From: an uncultured Acholeplasmataceae bacterium
GTDB taxonomy: Bacteria > Bacillota_I > Bacilli_A > Acholeplasmatales > Acholeplasmataceae
Assembly: GCA_963541405.1 (NCBI GenBank)
Contig: CAUTSX010000001.1
Coordinates: forward strand, 1-51,019
DNA length: 51,019 bases
Reading direction: 5' to 3'
Each line of letters opens with the position of its first letter. Within the stretch, counting starts at the first letter, position 1. The position numbers were made by a program, and so were the translations under genes. The notes under the pieces were generated by a model. It saw only the letters and a program-made list of their open reading frames with translations, was not told the origin of the DNA and ran no database searches. Of this stretch, positions 1-7,778 are shown one piece after another.

Positions 1-11
1 TGTTACTCATA

Positions 12-40
12 GTGTAGATCTCGGTGGTCGCCGTATCATT
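12..40. other. Illumina P5 flow-cell adapter (reverse complement); non-biological
   Basis: nt 12-40 read GTGTAGATCTCGGTGGTCGCCGTATCATT, the exact reverse complement of P5 (AATGATACGGCGACCACCGAGATCTACAC). It lies at the extreme contig end and is followed by poly(A). Confidence 0.9.
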
Positions 41-98
41 AAAAAAAAAAAAAATCCCTCTTTGTAAGAGATGGAATGAAGTTGAAAAAAAAAAAAAA
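41..98. repeat. Two A14 homopolymers (41-54 and 85-98) flanking a 30-nt segment; probable library or assembly artefact
   Basis: Read directly from the sequence, immediately after the adapter. Confidence 0.7.
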
Positions 99-108
99 CG
101 ATTTCTCT

Positions 109-146
109 AATTTGTAAAACCGCTTTATGTCGCGGTTTTACAAATT
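109..146. terminator. Perfect 15-bp inverted repeat hairpin (aatttgtaaaaccgc / gcggttttacaaatt, 8-nt loop)
   Basis: Arms at 109-123 and 132-146 are exact reverse complements. No flanking gene is visible because of the contig end. Confidence 0.4.
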
Positions 147-328
147 ATATGGTGTGTATTTATTTCGTTTTATCTAAAAATTTTTAAGTTTGTTTTTTAA
201 ACAAAAGTGTTTTATTTTGATTTGTTTAACTATTTTAAAAAATACAAAACCCTTTTGAATTTAAGCTAATTAAACATATGCTAAAAGCAAAGCACCAGTA
301 ATTAAAAGATGACAATGAACTCCAATAA

Positions 329-337
329 TGCTAAAAT
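329..337 (+). promoter_or_regulatory. Candidate extended -10 element (TGcTAAAAT) for the AbrB-like/COG2865 pair
   Basis: tgctaaaat lies about 28 nt upstream of the ATG at 365. An AGGAG RBS sits at 353-357, 7 nt before the ATG. Confidence 0.35.
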
Positions 338-364
338 ATTTGTAGGAAAAGTAGGAGTGATACT

Positions 365-544
365 ATGAGTGATATATTTATGGATACAGCAAAAGTTATG
401 TCTAAAGGACAAGTAACTATTCCAAAAAGAATTAGAGAACTTTTGAATTTAGAAAACGGTGACTATATTACTTTTGTGGTAAATAAAGATAAAGTAGAAA
501 TTCAAAATTCAAATACCTTTATCAAAAAAAATATTGAAAAATAA
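365..544 (+). CDS. AbrB/MazE/SpoVT-family small DNA-binding protein (antitoxin-like), 59 aa
   Basis: Translation: MSDIFMDTAKVMSKGQVTIPKRIRELLNLENGDYITFVVNKDKVEIQNSNTFIKKNIEK. It contains the SpoVT-AbrB signature (KGQVTIPKxIRexLnlxxGD). AGGAG RBS present. Below the ORF-track size cut-off. Stops 15 nt before the next gene. Confidence 0.7.
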   Translation: MSDIFMDTAKVMSKGQVTIPKRIRELLNLENGDYITFVVNKDKVEIQNSNTFIKKNIEK

Positions 545-559
545 AGAAGGTTTAAAAAT

Positions 560-1990
560 ATGACAATAGTAGAAATAAAGAAATTAATTCAAAACGGCGA
601 AAAGATAGATGTTGAATTCAAAGAATCGAAAGATTCATTGACTAAAAATGTTTTTGATTCTGTTTGTTCTTTTAACAACAGAAATGGTGGGCATATTTTG
701 TTGGGGGTAAACGATAAAAAAGAAATCATAGGTGTAAGTCCTGACAAAATAGATAAACTAATTAAAGAGTTTACAACTACTATAAACAATCCACAGAAAA
801 TAAACCCACCTCTTTATCTACAGCCGGAAGTTTTCACCATTGATGATAAAAAAATAATTTATATCAAGGTACCCGAAGGTACACAAGTGTGTAAACAAAA
901 CGGTAATATTTGGGATAGGTCATTTGATGGAGATATTAACATCTCAAACAATTCTGAAGCAATCTACAAATTATATTCGCTAAAAAGACGAGAATATTTT
1001 GTAAATAAAGTATACCCTAATCTAGATATTGACTTTCTAGATGCTTCTGTTATTGAAAAAGCAAGAAAAATGGCTGTTGGACGCAATAAAGATCATGTCT
1101 GGAAGACTATGAAAGATGAAGAACTTTTGCGAAGCAGTGGGTTAATTTTAACAGACCCTGAGACCAAGCGTGAAGGAATTACTTTGGCCGCTATCCTTTT
1201 GTTTGGTAAAGATAACTCAATAATGTCTGTTCTTCCTCAACATAAAACAGACGCTATTTTTAGAGTTGAAAATAAAGATAGATATGACGACAGAGATGTC
1301 GTCATAACAAACTTGATTGACAGTTATGAAAGACTTATGAACTTTGGCCGAAAACATTTAAATGACTTATTTGTTTTAGACGGGATTTTTAATGTCAACG
1401 CAAGAGATAGGATTCTTAGAGAAATAGTTTCAAATACTTTAGCGCATCGGGACTATTCAAGCGGTTTTCCTGCAAAAATGATTATTGATGATGAGAAAAT
1501 TGTGATTGAAAATAGCAACTTGCCGCACGAATTGGGAGCCTTAGACTTACTCAAGTTTAAACCATTTCCCAAAAATCCACCTATATCAAAAGTTTTTAGA
1601 GAAATCGGGCTTGCTGATGAGCTAGGCTCTGGAATGAGAAATACCTATAAATACACACAACTTTATTCGGGTAAAAATCCGCTTTTTGTTGAAGAAAATA
1701 TTTTTAAAACAACAATTCCACTAAAGAAAATAGCAACCCAAAAGGTAGGTCCAGTTATGGATAATGTCCCTCGGAATGTCCCTCGGAATGTCCCTCTAAA
1801 AATCGAAAATAAAATAAAAAATATAATTAAAAATGACATCAAAGTAAGTCGCAAAAATATTGCACTTATTTTAGGAGTTAGTGAGAAAACAATTACTAGG
1901 TATATAAAAGAAATTACCGATATTAAATATATTGGTAGAGGTAAAAACGGACATTGGGAACTAATCAACCAAACAAAAAATAATCACTAA
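560..1990 (+). CDS. COG2865-type protein: N-terminal AlbA_2 (Schlafen-like) domain, HATPase_c_4-like domain, C-terminal wHTH
   Basis: N-terminus EKIDVEFKES...NRNGGHILLGV matches the AlbA_2 pattern. The central ILREIVSNTLAHRDY...ELGSGMRN matches the GHKL-like domain of this family. The C-terminus (SRKNIALILGVSEKTITRYIKEI) is HTH-like. A PRNV tandem linker repeat is present. Confidence 0.75.
   Translation: MTIVEIKKLIQNGEKIDVEFKESKDSLTKNVFDSVCSFNNRNGGHILLGVNDKKEIIGVSPDKIDKLIKEFTTTINNPQKINPPLYLQPEVFTIDDKKIIYIKVPEGTQVCKQNGNIWDRSFDGDINISNNSEAIYKLYSLKRREYFVNKVYPNLDIDFLDASVIEKARKMAVGRNKDHVWKTMKDEELLRSSGLILTDPETKREGITLAAILLFGKDNSIMSVLPQHKTDAIFRVENKDRYDDRDVVITNLIDSYERLMNFGRKHLNDLFVLDGIFNVNARDRILREIVSNTLAHRDYSSGFPAKMIIDDEKIVIENSNLPHELGALDLLKFKPFPKNPPISKVFREIGLADELGSGMRNTYKYTQLYSGKNPLFVEENIFKTTIPLKKIATQKVGPVMDNVPRNVPRNVPLKIENKIKNIIKNDIKVSRKNIALILGVSEKTITRYIKEITDIKYIGRGKNGHWELINQTKNNH
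1763..1795 (+). repeat. 12-nt tandem repeat aatgtccctcgg x2.75 inside the CDS (encodes NVPRNVPRNVP)
   Basis: Read directly. The same repeat recurs at 2210-2253. Confidence 0.9.
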
Positions 1991-2008
1991 ACACTAAAAT
2001 ATAGATAT

Positions 2009-2033
2009 AAAAAGGCCTTTTTCGGCCTTTTTA
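2009..2033 (+). terminator. Rho-independent terminator after the COG2865 gene
   Basis: aaaggcc-tttttc-ggccttt followed by a T-rich run. Confidence 0.6.
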
Positions 2034-2199
2034 TATTATTTAAAATTTAAATAGTGTCGTGCTTGCTTTGAATGATAATTATTTGCGAACTTACACAATG
2101 TATTTAAAAAAATACATTATTGTGCAAAAGTATTTTACGAGTTAACAAATTTTCTTAAAAAAATAAAAGATATAAAGATAAAAATTTAAACGTATCGTG

Positions 2200-2350
2200 T
2201 GCCGAATATAATGTCTCTCGGAATGTCCCTCGGAATGTCCCTCGGAATGTCCTTTGAAAGCCTAGAACAAGGTTTAGTTAAAATACCAATAAAGTGCTGA
2301 AAAATATTGCTTGTTTTATGAATTAAATGTTTAAAGGTATTATCAACTTA
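2200..2350 (+). pseudogene. Decayed C-terminal fragment of a second COG2865 paralog
   Basis: Carries the same 12-nt repeat (aatgtcYctcgg x3.7 at 2210-2253). Downstream sequence loosely parallels the HTH-coding part of 560..1990 (aaagt..gaaaaatattgc). It is interrupted by stops and has no start codon. Confidence 0.45.
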
Positions 2351-2644
2351 TCTTTTTGCTAGACAACAAATTAAAACTATATTTTTGAACATGGCTACTT
2401 AATTTCAAATTGTTTCATTTTAGTGAGTTTCGGGTTGTGACTTACAGCGCTTTTCAAAGACCTCGCGTTTAGGGAATTTACTTAAACCTTTTTTGTGATT
2501 AGCACAACCTCAAAAGATGCAACTCTAGATGCGTTTTTATTAGTTAAATAGAATTTAATACTGGATATTTTTAATTTTTTTAAAAATATTCGGCGTTAAC
2601 TTGATTTTAACTTGCATATACAATAAAATTTACTTGAGAAGGAA

Positions 2645-3886
2645 ATGGATTTTATGAAAATTTTTAAAAGAGAAAAGTATTTGTCTAAAATCAGGGGGTT
2701 TTATTTTGCAAACGATTTAATAAAAGTAATAACTGGTATTAGACGCTCAGGTAAATCTACACTGATGGAATCAATTTCAAATGAACTAACCCAAAAAGGT
2801 GTAAAAAATACTAATGTCGTTTACATCAATTTAGACAAAAGAGGATATAAAAATATCAAGACTGCCAAGGACCTTGAAAGTTTAATTGAGTCTAGCACTA
2901 AAAATATCAAAGGCGATAAGTATTTATTTATAGACGAAATTCAAAATGTTAAAGATTTTGAACTAGTAATCAATTCGTTTAGAGAAGAAGGGGATTTTTC
3001 AATTTTTATTACGGGTTCAAACTCATATTTGCTTTCTGGTGAACTTGTAACTAAGTTAACAGGCAGGTATATTGAGTTTGAAATTTTTCCCTTAACCTTT
3101 GATGAGTATTTAGAAATGAAGAAATTCTACTCACTTTCAACCAAATCAGACTTAATGCTTGAACTAAACGGATATATATTGAGCGGTGGTTTCCCACGTT
3201 CTTTGTTTTTTGAAAATCTTGCAGATAAAAAGAACTACATCTTAAGTTTAGTTAAAGAAATTTTTGAAAAAGACATAAAAAGAAGAGTAAAAATTAAAAA
3301 CCAAGCAACATTTGAAATTGTTAAAAATTATATTATTAACAATTTTGGTGCAACCGTTAGTCTAAACAATATAACCAAAAATTTAAAAAAAGCAGGCTAC
3401 TCAATTACTATAGAGACAGTTTCTAGATACATTCAAATTTTAATTGATGCAAAAATTCTCTATGAATGCAACAGGTTTGACATGAAATCCAAACAATACT
3501 TAAAAGGAGAAAAGAAATACTATTTAGCGGACTTGAGTTTTTACTATGCATTAAATACGGACAATAGAATAAACTTTGGTCCCAGCCTTGAAAATATAGT
3601 TTTTGTCTTTGCAAGGAGTAAAGGATACTCAGTTAGTGTCGGAAGAATTGGTCTACTTGAATGTGATTTCATATTAAGAGATTTGGACAATAATTATTCA
3701 TACATCCAAGTTGCTTACACTATTTTGGCGAACTTAGAAACTGAAAACAGAGAGTACACGCCACTTGAAAAAATCAAAGACAACTTCCCTAAATATGTAG
3801 CCACTTTAGATTATTTAGAACAAAAAAGAAACGGGATAAAGCATATAAACTTAATTGAATTCATAAGAAATAATTTAGATTTTTAA
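2645..3886 (+). CDS. COG1373 AAA+ ATPase (AAA_14 + DUF4143), type A, degenerate nuclease-like motif
   Basis: Walker A GIRRSGKST and Walker B LFIDEIQ. The C-terminus has LLECDFIL...YIQVAY where paralogs have D...ExK. Confidence 0.75.
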   Translation: MDFMKIFKREKYLSKIRGFYFANDLIKVITGIRRSGKSTLMESISNELTQKGVKNTNVVYINLDKRGYKNIKTAKDLESLIESSTKNIKGDKYLFIDEIQNVKDFELVINSFREEGDFSIFITGSNSYLLSGELVTKLTGRYIEFEIFPLTFDEYLEMKKFYSLSTKSDLMLELNGYILSGGFPRSLFFENLADKKNYILSLVKEIFEKDIKRRVKIKNQATFEIVKNYIINNFGATVSLNNITKNLKKAGYSITIETVSRYIQILIDAKILYECNRFDMKSKQYLKGEKKYYLADLSFYYALNTDNRINFGPSLENIVFVFARSKGYSVSVGRIGLLECDFILRDLDNNYSYIQVAYTILANLETENREYTPLEKIKDNFPKYVATLDYLEQKRNGIKHINLIEFIRNNLDF

Positions 3887-3917
3887 AGAAGTAAAGTAGA
3901 TACGCGATACCAAAAAA

Positions 3918-4030
3918 CGCCAAATTATAAAGTAGAATCGAGCAAAATTATAAAGTGAAATCAGTCCAAATTGCCAAGTAGAAGTAAGCCAAATTGCCAA
4001 GTAGAAGTAAGCCAAATTGCCAAGTAGTTG
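3918..4030 (+). repeat. Iteron-like direct repeats: two CCAAATTATAAAGTRRAA-type units, then 2.8 tandem copies of the 23-mer GCCAAATTGCCAAGTAGAAGTAA
   Basis: Units at 3920-3937, 3942-3960, 3965-3987, 3988-4010 and 4011-4028, directly upstream of the RBS/ATG at 4075. Confidence 0.85.
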
Positions 4031-4074
4031 ATTATAAAATCAATTAGCAATACAATATAGTTAAAGGAGTAAAT

Positions 4075-5349
4075 ATGCCTGAATACCTAAATCGAATCAT
4101 TGAAAATAAACTCAAAGAAGCGCTTGAAACTTGTGGTGCTGTATTGATTAAAGGACCTAAATGGTGTGGAAAATCTACTACTGCTTTAAAATTCGCTAAA
4201 AGTGTAATTTTTATGCAAGACATAGATGAAAAAGAACAAAATATAGCGCTTGCTAAAACTTCTTCAAAGATTTTTTTAGCAAAAGAACCGCCTTTACTTA
4301 TAGATGAGTGGCAAGTTATACCTTTCATATGGGATGCAGTTAGATTTCAAGTAGACCAAAGAAAAAAGTTTGGTCAATTTATATTAACAGGTTCATCAAC
4401 ACCTTTGTCAAAAAATGAAAAAGCTCAAATTATGCACTCAGGAGTTGGCAGAATTACTACTATATGTATGCGCCCTATGTCTCTTTTTGAATCTTTAGAA
4501 AGTACAGGTTCGGTAAGTTTAAGTGTACTTTTTAGTGGTTTTTATCCAGAGGGAACGATTTCCAAATTAAACTTAATTGACTACAGTTTTTTAATATGCC
4601 GTGGTGGGTGGCCACTGTCTGTTGGTCTACCTAGAGAAAAAGCGTTAAAAATTGCAAAAAACTATTTTACCCAAGTTATTGAAAAAGATTTGTTAGAAGG
4701 TACAGATATAGTTAGAAATAAAGACAAACTTAAAAAAACGTTAGCGGCATACGCAAGAAATATTTCAAGCGAGTGTTCTATTCAAACTCTGATAAACGAT
4801 GTGAAATCAGACGGCGACACCATAATATCGGACAACACAGTAGCATCTTATCTAGAGATTTTCAAGAAGAATTTTATAATTGAAGATATCAACGCCTGGA
4901 ATCCAAATATAAGAAGTAAAACAGCAATTAGAACATCACCGACTAGACATTTTATTTGCCCCTCAATTGCAGCAAGTGCACTAAGTATTGGTCCCAATGA
5001 TTTGATAAATGACCTCAATACTTTTGGGTTAATGTTTGAGGATTTGGTTGTGCGTGATTTAAAAGTATATGTTGACAAACTGGGCGGTACAATTTATCAT
5101 TATCGCGATAAAAGTGGATTAGAATGTGATGCTGTTGTTTATCTTGATAGTGGTAAATTTGGTTTAATTGAAATTAAACTAGGAAGCGCGATTGGAATTG
5201 AAGAGGCTGCTAGAAATTTACTTAAATTAAAATCACTGTTGCCCGATGAAAAACAACCTAGTTTCTTAATGGTAGTCACAACTACCAACCTAGCCTATAC
5301 TCGTGAAGACGGAGTAATTGTGTGCCCGCTTGGTTGTCTTAAAGACTAA
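4075..5349 (+). CDS. COG1373 AAA+ ATPase (AAA_14 + DUF4143), type B copy 1, intact D...ExK motif
   Basis: Walker A GPKWCGKST and Walker B LLIDEWQ. C-terminus GLECDAVVYLDSGKFGLIEIKLG. AAAGGAG RBS. Confidence 0.75.
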   Translation: MPEYLNRIIENKLKEALETCGAVLIKGPKWCGKSTTALKFAKSVIFMQDIDEKEQNIALAKTSSKIFLAKEPPLLIDEWQVIPFIWDAVRFQVDQRKKFGQFILTGSSTPLSKNEKAQIMHSGVGRITTICMRPMSLFESLESTGSVSLSVLFSGFYPEGTISKLNLIDYSFLICRGGWPLSVGLPREKALKIAKNYFTQVIEKDLLEGTDIVRNKDKLKKTLAAYARNISSECSIQTLINDVKSDGDTIISDNTVASYLEIFKKNFIIEDINAWNPNIRSKTAIRTSPTRHFICPSIAASALSIGPNDLINDLNTFGLMFEDLVVRDLKVYVDKLGGTIYHYRDKSGLECDAVVYLDSGKFGLIEIKLGSAIGIEEAARNLLKLKSLLPDEKQPSFLMVVTTTNLAYTREDGVIVCPLGCLKD

Positions 5350-5489
5350 CTTATGGATTTTTAAAAGTATTGACAAAAAATAAAATGTAAATTAAGCCTG
5401 TTGAATGAAAAAATTTGCAATATCTGTCACCATATGTTCAAAGTTTGAGCCAATTGTTCAAAATATTTAAGAATATTATTTCTAAAATC

Positions 5490-5700
5490 TGCTTTTAAAG
5501 GGTTTTGATAATAATTTCAAGTGCATTCAAATTTCTTAATTATTTTGGTGAGTTTAAAAACTAAAATGGTGAGTTCGCACCACTTGAAAAAGTCAATGAT
5601 ACTTTTTTCCAAATATGCAATGTATGTTATTTAAAACAAACAAGAAATAAGTAAAAATATATAAATTTAATTAAGTTCGTAAAAACAATTTAGATTTTAA
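5490..5700 (+). pseudogene. Decayed 3-prime remnant of a type A COG1373 gene
   Basis: Aligns by eye with 3670-3890. For example tattttggtgagtttaaaaactaaaatggtgagttcgcaccacttgaaaaagtcaatga matches tattttggcgaacttagaaactgaaaacagagagtacacgccacttgaaaaaatcaaaga. In-frame stops are present. Confidence 0.65.
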
Positions 5701-5733
5701 AGAAAACATGTAAATATGGTTAGACCTAAAATA

Positions 5734-5773
5734 TCCAAATTATAAAATGAAATTGAGCCAAATTATAAAGTGG
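5734..5773 (+). repeat. Two copies of the CCAAATTATAAARTG motif upstream of type B copy 2
   Basis: tccaaattataaaatgaaa (5734-5752) and gccaaattataaagtgg (5757-5773). Same core as the repeats at 3918-4030. Confidence 0.7.
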
Positions 5774-5821
5774 CTTGATTAGATTAAGTTTTTATATTAA
5801 ACTATATGTGCGGGTGTACAT

Positions 5822-7099
5822 ATGGAAAAATATCTAAATCGTATAATTGAGAAAAAAATTCAAGATAAACTGGCAAGTTGTGGTGCCCTTTTAATCAAAG
5901 GACCTAAATGGTGTGGAAAGTCAACTACAGCCTTGAAGTTTGCCAATAGCGTTATCTATATGCAAACTAACAAAAACAAGGCTCAAAACATCGAACTGGC
6001 AAGAACCGAACCAGAGGCTTTTTTGGCAAAAAAACCACCACTTCTAATAGATGAATGGCAAGAAATTCCTTTTATTTGGGATGAAATTAGAACAGAAGTA
6101 GATAAAAGAGGTAAATTTGGCCAATTCATATTAACAGGCTCTTCCACACCTTTGATGCAAAAAGAAAAAGCACAAATAATGCATTCAGGTGTGGGTAGGA
6201 TAACAACATTAGTTATGCGGCCTATGTCTTTATATGAGTCTCTAGACAGTACTGGCGGAGTTAGTCTAAATGAACTTTTTTTGGGCAAGAAAATCAAAGT
6301 CCAGGAATCTAAACTGACTTTTCTAGACTACTGCTACCTAATTTGTCGTGGCGGCTGGCCACAAAGTGTAGGCGTTTCAAAAGAAATTGCCTTAGAGATC
6401 TCAAAAGACTACTTTGAACAATTAATTCAAAGCGATCTCTTAAAAGACAAAAGACATTTTAGAGACAGACAAAAACTCACAAAAACTTTAAAGTCATATG
6501 CTAGAAACATCTCAAGCCAATGTACAATTAAAACTTTAATGGACGATATTAAAGAAAATGACAACCTTTCTATATCTAACATCACTATTCTTTCTTACCT
6601 TGAGTTATTTAAAGAAAACTTTATTATTGAAGACATTCAGGCCTGGAACCCAAATTTACGTAGCAAAACAGCAATTAGGACTGCACCAACCAGGCACTTT
6701 ATTTGCCCCTCAATTGCTGCCAGGGCCTTAGAACTAGGGCCAGGCTCTTTTTTAAATGACCTTAAAACTTTTGGCTTGCTTTTTGAAGACCTAGCAGTTC
6801 GCGACCTTAAAACATACGCAGAGAAACTAAACGGAAAGGTTTATCACTACCGCGATAAAAATGGGCTTGAATGCGATGCGGTTGTGTGTCTAGACAACGG
6901 AGAGTTTGGGTTAATTGAAGTAAAGATAGGAAACAGCGTTAGAATTGAAGAAGGCGCTAAAAACTTACTTAAATTAAAGTCTTTACTTTCGCCTAAAATG
7001 AAAGAACCTAGTTTCTTAATGGTAATCACAACTACCAACCTAGCCTATACTCGCGAAGACGGAGTAATTGTGTGTCCGCTTGGTTGTCTTAAAGACTAA
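5822..7099 (+). CDS. COG1373 AAA+ ATPase (AAA_14 + DUF4143), type B copy 2
   Basis: Collinear paralog of 4075..5349 with the same Walker motifs. C-terminus GLECDAVVCLDNGEFGLIEVKIG. Confidence 0.75.
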   Translation: MEKYLNRIIEKKIQDKLASCGALLIKGPKWCGKSTTALKFANSVIYMQTNKNKAQNIELARTEPEAFLAKKPPLLIDEWQEIPFIWDEIRTEVDKRGKFGQFILTGSSTPLMQKEKAQIMHSGVGRITTLVMRPMSLYESLDSTGGVSLNELFLGKKIKVQESKLTFLDYCYLICRGGWPQSVGVSKEIALEISKDYFEQLIQSDLLKDKRHFRDRQKLTKTLKSYARNISSQCTIKTLMDDIKENDNLSISNITILSYLELFKENFIIEDIQAWNPNLRSKTAIRTAPTRHFICPSIAARALELGPGSFLNDLKTFGLLFEDLAVRDLKTYAEKLNGKVYHYRDKNGLECDAVVCLDNGEFGLIEVKIGNSVRIEEGAKNLLKLKSLLSPKMKEPSFLMVITTTNLAYTREDGVIVCPLGCLKD

Positions 7100-7165
7100 C
7101 TTACAAATTTAAAAAAATATTGGCAAAAAAATAAATTTGAAACAAAAACTAAGGCTTTATATGTC

Positions 7166-7258
7166 TTAGTCCAAACTTTCCAATAACTCTTTTTTCACTT
7201 CATCTAGGCTATGTACTTTACCGTTTTTAAAATCATCTTCTGCTTTTTCTAGTCCAAG
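7166..7258 (-). pseudogene. Out-of-frame C-terminal tail of the DinJ-like gene
   Basis: An alternative frame reads LGLEKAEDDFKNGKVHSLDEVKKELLESLD*, which looks like the usual C-terminal tail of longer DinJ/RelB-like proteins. It overlaps the stop of 7249..7467. Confidence 0.45.
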
Positions 7259-7467
7259 TTAAAATCATCTTCGTTTAAATTCAAAATAGAAATTGGTTCA
7301 TTTAAAAGAACCTTAACATCAAAAGGCAGTCCATTGTGTGCAATAACTTGTTTAAGGAAAACAGCAATTGCGTCTGACATTGAAATTCCTAATCTATCTA
7401 ACACAATCTCAGCACGTGTTTTTATATCATTTTTAACTTTTACTAAAATATTTGAAGTTTTGCACAT
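7249..7467 (-). CDS. RelB/DinJ-family antitoxin (RHH), probably truncated by a frameshift
   Basis: SNILVKVKNDIKTRAEIVLDRLGISMSDAIAVFLKQVIAHNGLPFDVK matches the DinJ pattern. No toxin ORF is adjacent. Confidence 0.65.
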   Translation of the reverse strand: MCKTSNILVKVKNDIKTRAEIVLDRLGISMSDAIAVFLKQVIAHNGLPFDVKVLLNEPISILNLNEDDFNLD

Positions 7468-7778
7468 CTATATCACCGTTCTTTCGTGTCAATGATAACA
7501 TTTACTTCAAATAACAGCCTAGTCAAACAAAACACTTAAATTTTTTATAGCAAAGATATACGGAACTGCTCCAAATAAATTAAATAATTCTTGATAATTG
7601 CCAAAATTGCTAAACTGTTGTATACTTTTTAACTGTTAAAGCACGCATTTATTTGTTTTAAATATCTTTAACTTAGAATGTAGTAGTTTGTTTATTGCTT
7701 TACAAATGAGGCAATTTAAAGATTATAAATTTAAATAAAGGCGTTTTGCTGACTTATTCTATAAGGAGGTAAAAATAT

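Noticed and set aside
270-345. Small hydrophobic peptide on the minus strand (...SIIGVHCHLLITGALLLAYV*) resembling a type I toxin
   Set aside because: The frame has no ATG/GTG/TTG start after the upstream in-frame stop and no RBS.
589-1968. Antisense ORFs 589..789 and 1663..1968 inside the COG2865 gene
   Set aside because: They lie entirely within a well-supported CDS on the opposite strand. They are hydrophobic and low-complexity, as expected from antisense translation of AT-rich coding DNA, and have no RBS.
3918-4030. Possible CRISPR array
   Set aside because: The 23-bp units are directly abutting with no spacers, there are only ~3 copies, and no cas genes are present. They are better described as iteron or operator-like repeats.
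99-7500. Integrated mobile element (IS, prophage or ICE) explaining the accessory patch
   Set aside because: No transposase, integrase, recombinase, tRNA attachment site or terminal inverted repeats are recognisable. The left boundary is lost at the contig end.
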